DNA of 64,000 bases from Euprymna scolopes (Eukaryota). The position numbers were made by a program, and so were the translations under genes. Each line of letters starts with the position of its first letter. Positions within the stretch are counted from its first letter, which is position 1. Shown in pieces: positions 61,538 through 64,000 of this stretch. The stretch is taken from assembly GCA_053919585.1 (NCBI GenBank), contig CM132800.1; one strand, written 5' to 3'. The notes beneath the pieces were generated by a model. It searched no databases and was not told the DNA's origin. It saw only the letters and a program-made list of their open reading frames with translations.

Positions 61538-61685
61538 TTTTTGGCCTTCGGAACAAGATCAGTGTATCTGTTTTGATGCTACACTTTACCTTTTCTGTCT
61601 TTGGTCGGTGGAGAAATCTTTCATGACTGAGATTATTTTTGTTCCTATCCAGAGTGCCCCTTATTGGGAAGCTGGATTTTCTCCA
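61538..61685 (+). ncRNA. Uninterrupted, more decayed copy of the U2-like element
   Basis: TTGGCCTTCGGAACAAGATCAGTGTATCTGTTTTGATGCTACACTT..; ATTTTTG at 61635-61641. Confidence 0.68.
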
Positions 61686-62715
61686 AGATTATATCTTGAA
61701 ATATTTAAATACAGAAACTAAAAGTTTTGGTTTTCTCTTCTGTCCATTTTTTCCCCACGTTTTTCATCAAAATGTGTAGCGTATTAGTTGTCTCACAAAC
61801 CATCAGTGATTGCTCACTGGCAGTAACCTGTGGTGTTCCCTGGAGACCAAGTGACAACAAGTCTCCTCAGATTTCCAGTGTTCTCCACCTTTTGACCACT
61901 TGTGCAGATGATTGAATGTTATCGCAACAACCGTTGTCACTGATTTCTCGTTGGCATCGGCCATTTGGGTCACAAAATGCCTCCCCAAGGTACCAGATTT
62001 GAACTGCACACTTCCAGTGGAGATTTGGTCAGTACTCTCTCACCTCGGTCTTTCCATCCTCCCTGACCCTTCACAACTAGTTGGTGTGGTGTGGCGCCAG
62101 TCGATGTCATCTACAGCAGTTTTTTTTTTATTATTATTACTATTATGATAATAATAAGGGTGCTTGTGCAGTGTATGCACATATTTTAAATATTTTCAAG
62201 TTAAATTAAATTTTAGGTTTGTATTGCTGTATACATAGATTCGAAAAAGTTGTCAAAACAAATCACAAATGTTATCAAAGGCAAGATAAGTTATTCTTCT
62301 ACCTATCTGGGAAGGTTTTTAGTGGTTTTACTCACTTTAAAACGTGTAATCGCTTCGAAAATCATACAATGTTTATCGATATATTTTTTAAAAAAATGTC
62401 GGCATGTTTGTAACTTATTTTGCCTTTGATAACATTTATTTGTTATATATATATTTTTTTTTTTGACAACTTTTTCGAATCTGTGTACAGTAAAACAAAC
62501 TCGTTATGTAAATTATTTACAGTTAAAATGTTATAAAAAACAAAAGTTTTAAATGTTTCAAAGAAATGAATTACGCCCCGTGGTAAAATATTGATAATTC
62601 ACCAATCGTTAAAAAAAAAAAAAAAAAAAAAAAAAAACTGAAAAATGCTTACTTTAAAATATTTGTAAATACTCAGTGAAAAGTTAAAAGAACGGACTGA
62701 AAAATATACAAATTG

Positions 62716-63292
62716 GGGTTTATAGATTCGAAAAAGTTGTCAAAAAACAAATATATAACAAATAAATGTTATCAAAGGCAAGATAAGTTACTTTTCTACC
62801 TAACTGGATATGTTTTCAGGGTTTTTATTTAATGTAACATGTTTATTCAGCTCGAAAAACATACTGTGTTTACCGATGTATTGGAAAATTATAAATGGCG
62901 CCCAACTCTCTTTAACACGGTAAGTTTGGAAAAAGGTGCTATAAATATAAAATTAGACAAAATACTGTTAGAAACTTGCTCAATATATATTACAGTGACA
63001 TAGGTTGACATATTCTGTGTTTTTTTTTTTAATAGTATTTTGTCTAGTTTATTATTTATAACACCTTTTCCCAAACTTACCGCGTTAAAGAGTCGGGCGC
63101 CATTTTGAATTTTCCAATACATCGGTAAACAATGTATGTTTTTCGAGCTGAATAAACGTGTTACATTGAATAAAAACAAAAAATATATCCAGTTTGGTAG
63201 GAAAGTAACTTATCTTGCCTTTGATAACATTTATTTGTTATATATTTGTTTTTTGACAACTTTTTCGAATCTGTGTACAGTAATACAAACCC
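62716..63292. mobile_element. Foldback MITE M2, best preserved copy (arms of about 230 bp)
   Basis: GGGTTT..AAACCC ends; near-perfect inverted arms. Confidence 0.85.
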
Positions 63293-64000
63293 AAAAATTG
63301 CTTGTTTTGCAGTGAAAAAAAAAATAAATAAATAAAATGAAATATTCGACTTTCTCCAATAAAAAGTTCAAACACGAATTCACTTACGATATTTTGATTA
63401 AAATTATCCCAAATGTGCAATTATAATTATTTTCCGAATGGAGAATTGTTCTGTCTTTAGAACATACATGGACCATCGGTAACACATATTGGTAGCCATA
63501 TTTTTTTATGCCTGTTAGCATGACCACATGGTTGAATACCGGAAGCTGTCTATACCTACAACTTAATTAGGAAATGACGTTACGCTGTCATATGCATCGG
63601 CCTTTCTCGGTAGCCACGGTATAACGCTATCAAAGGGAACTAACTCCTTTTCTGTAAAAGGCAGTTACACCACACACACCCACTTTAACTTGGGCATGGT
63701 AATTCTCGTGCGGCATTTTTTTTATAGCGCCCACAGACTGGATAAAATTGGACCACATGAAAACCTATAGAACTAAAGTTGGATTATAAACAATAGGTTT
63801 GGAAGAATCACTTTTCAGTTTTAGAATTGAAAAGGACATTCATAACAGTACCATAGACAACTATTATATTCAATCTAAAATTTCAATTTTTAGAGCCAGA
63901 CTCATAGTATGAAGTTTAAAAATTGCTATTCAGTTTGATTTGTTAGCTTAAATGTTACATAAGTTTTTGAAATTATAATTTTGTATGTTCGATAATTCTT

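Larger units (their letters stand above)
58995..63625 (+). repeat. Local tandem duplication: units 58995-61235 and 61236-63625
   Basis: Colinear similarity throughout; TATAAC at all three junctions (58995, 61236, 63620). Confidence 0.9.

Overview
AT-rich animal genomic DNA, probably a protostome invertebrate (the U2-like sequence has the GATCAAAG form I recall from fly and worm U2; inference). Bases 1-31 kb are an intergenic region packed with nested transposable elements: several CR1/L2-group LINE copies, a decayed Tx1/L1-clade LINE, mariner and maT-like DNA transposons, a Helitron, Gypsy-like LTR remnants with a -1 frameshift signal, a Naiad-type Penelope element carrying a complete type I hammerhead ribozyme, and SINEs. 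From 31.6 kb to the end lies the 5' half of a DDX3/PL10/belle DEAD-box helicase gene on the + strand: promoter, five conserved coding exons and one extra candidate cassette exon. The helicase core lies beyond the window, and the introns hold many palindromic MITEs. Most notable: (1) a dispersed U2-snRNA-like RNA family whose branch-point recognition sequence is locked in a covarying hairpin and which retains an Sm site; one copy carries a 207-bp structured insertion at the site used by U2-targeting retrotransposons. (2) A tRNA-headed SINE with a hammerhead-like tail and Penelope-style inverted termini. (3) A structured, stop-containing candidate poison exon in DDX3 intron 2. All calls were made by eye without searches, and TE boundaries are approximate unless TSDs or TIRs are cited.
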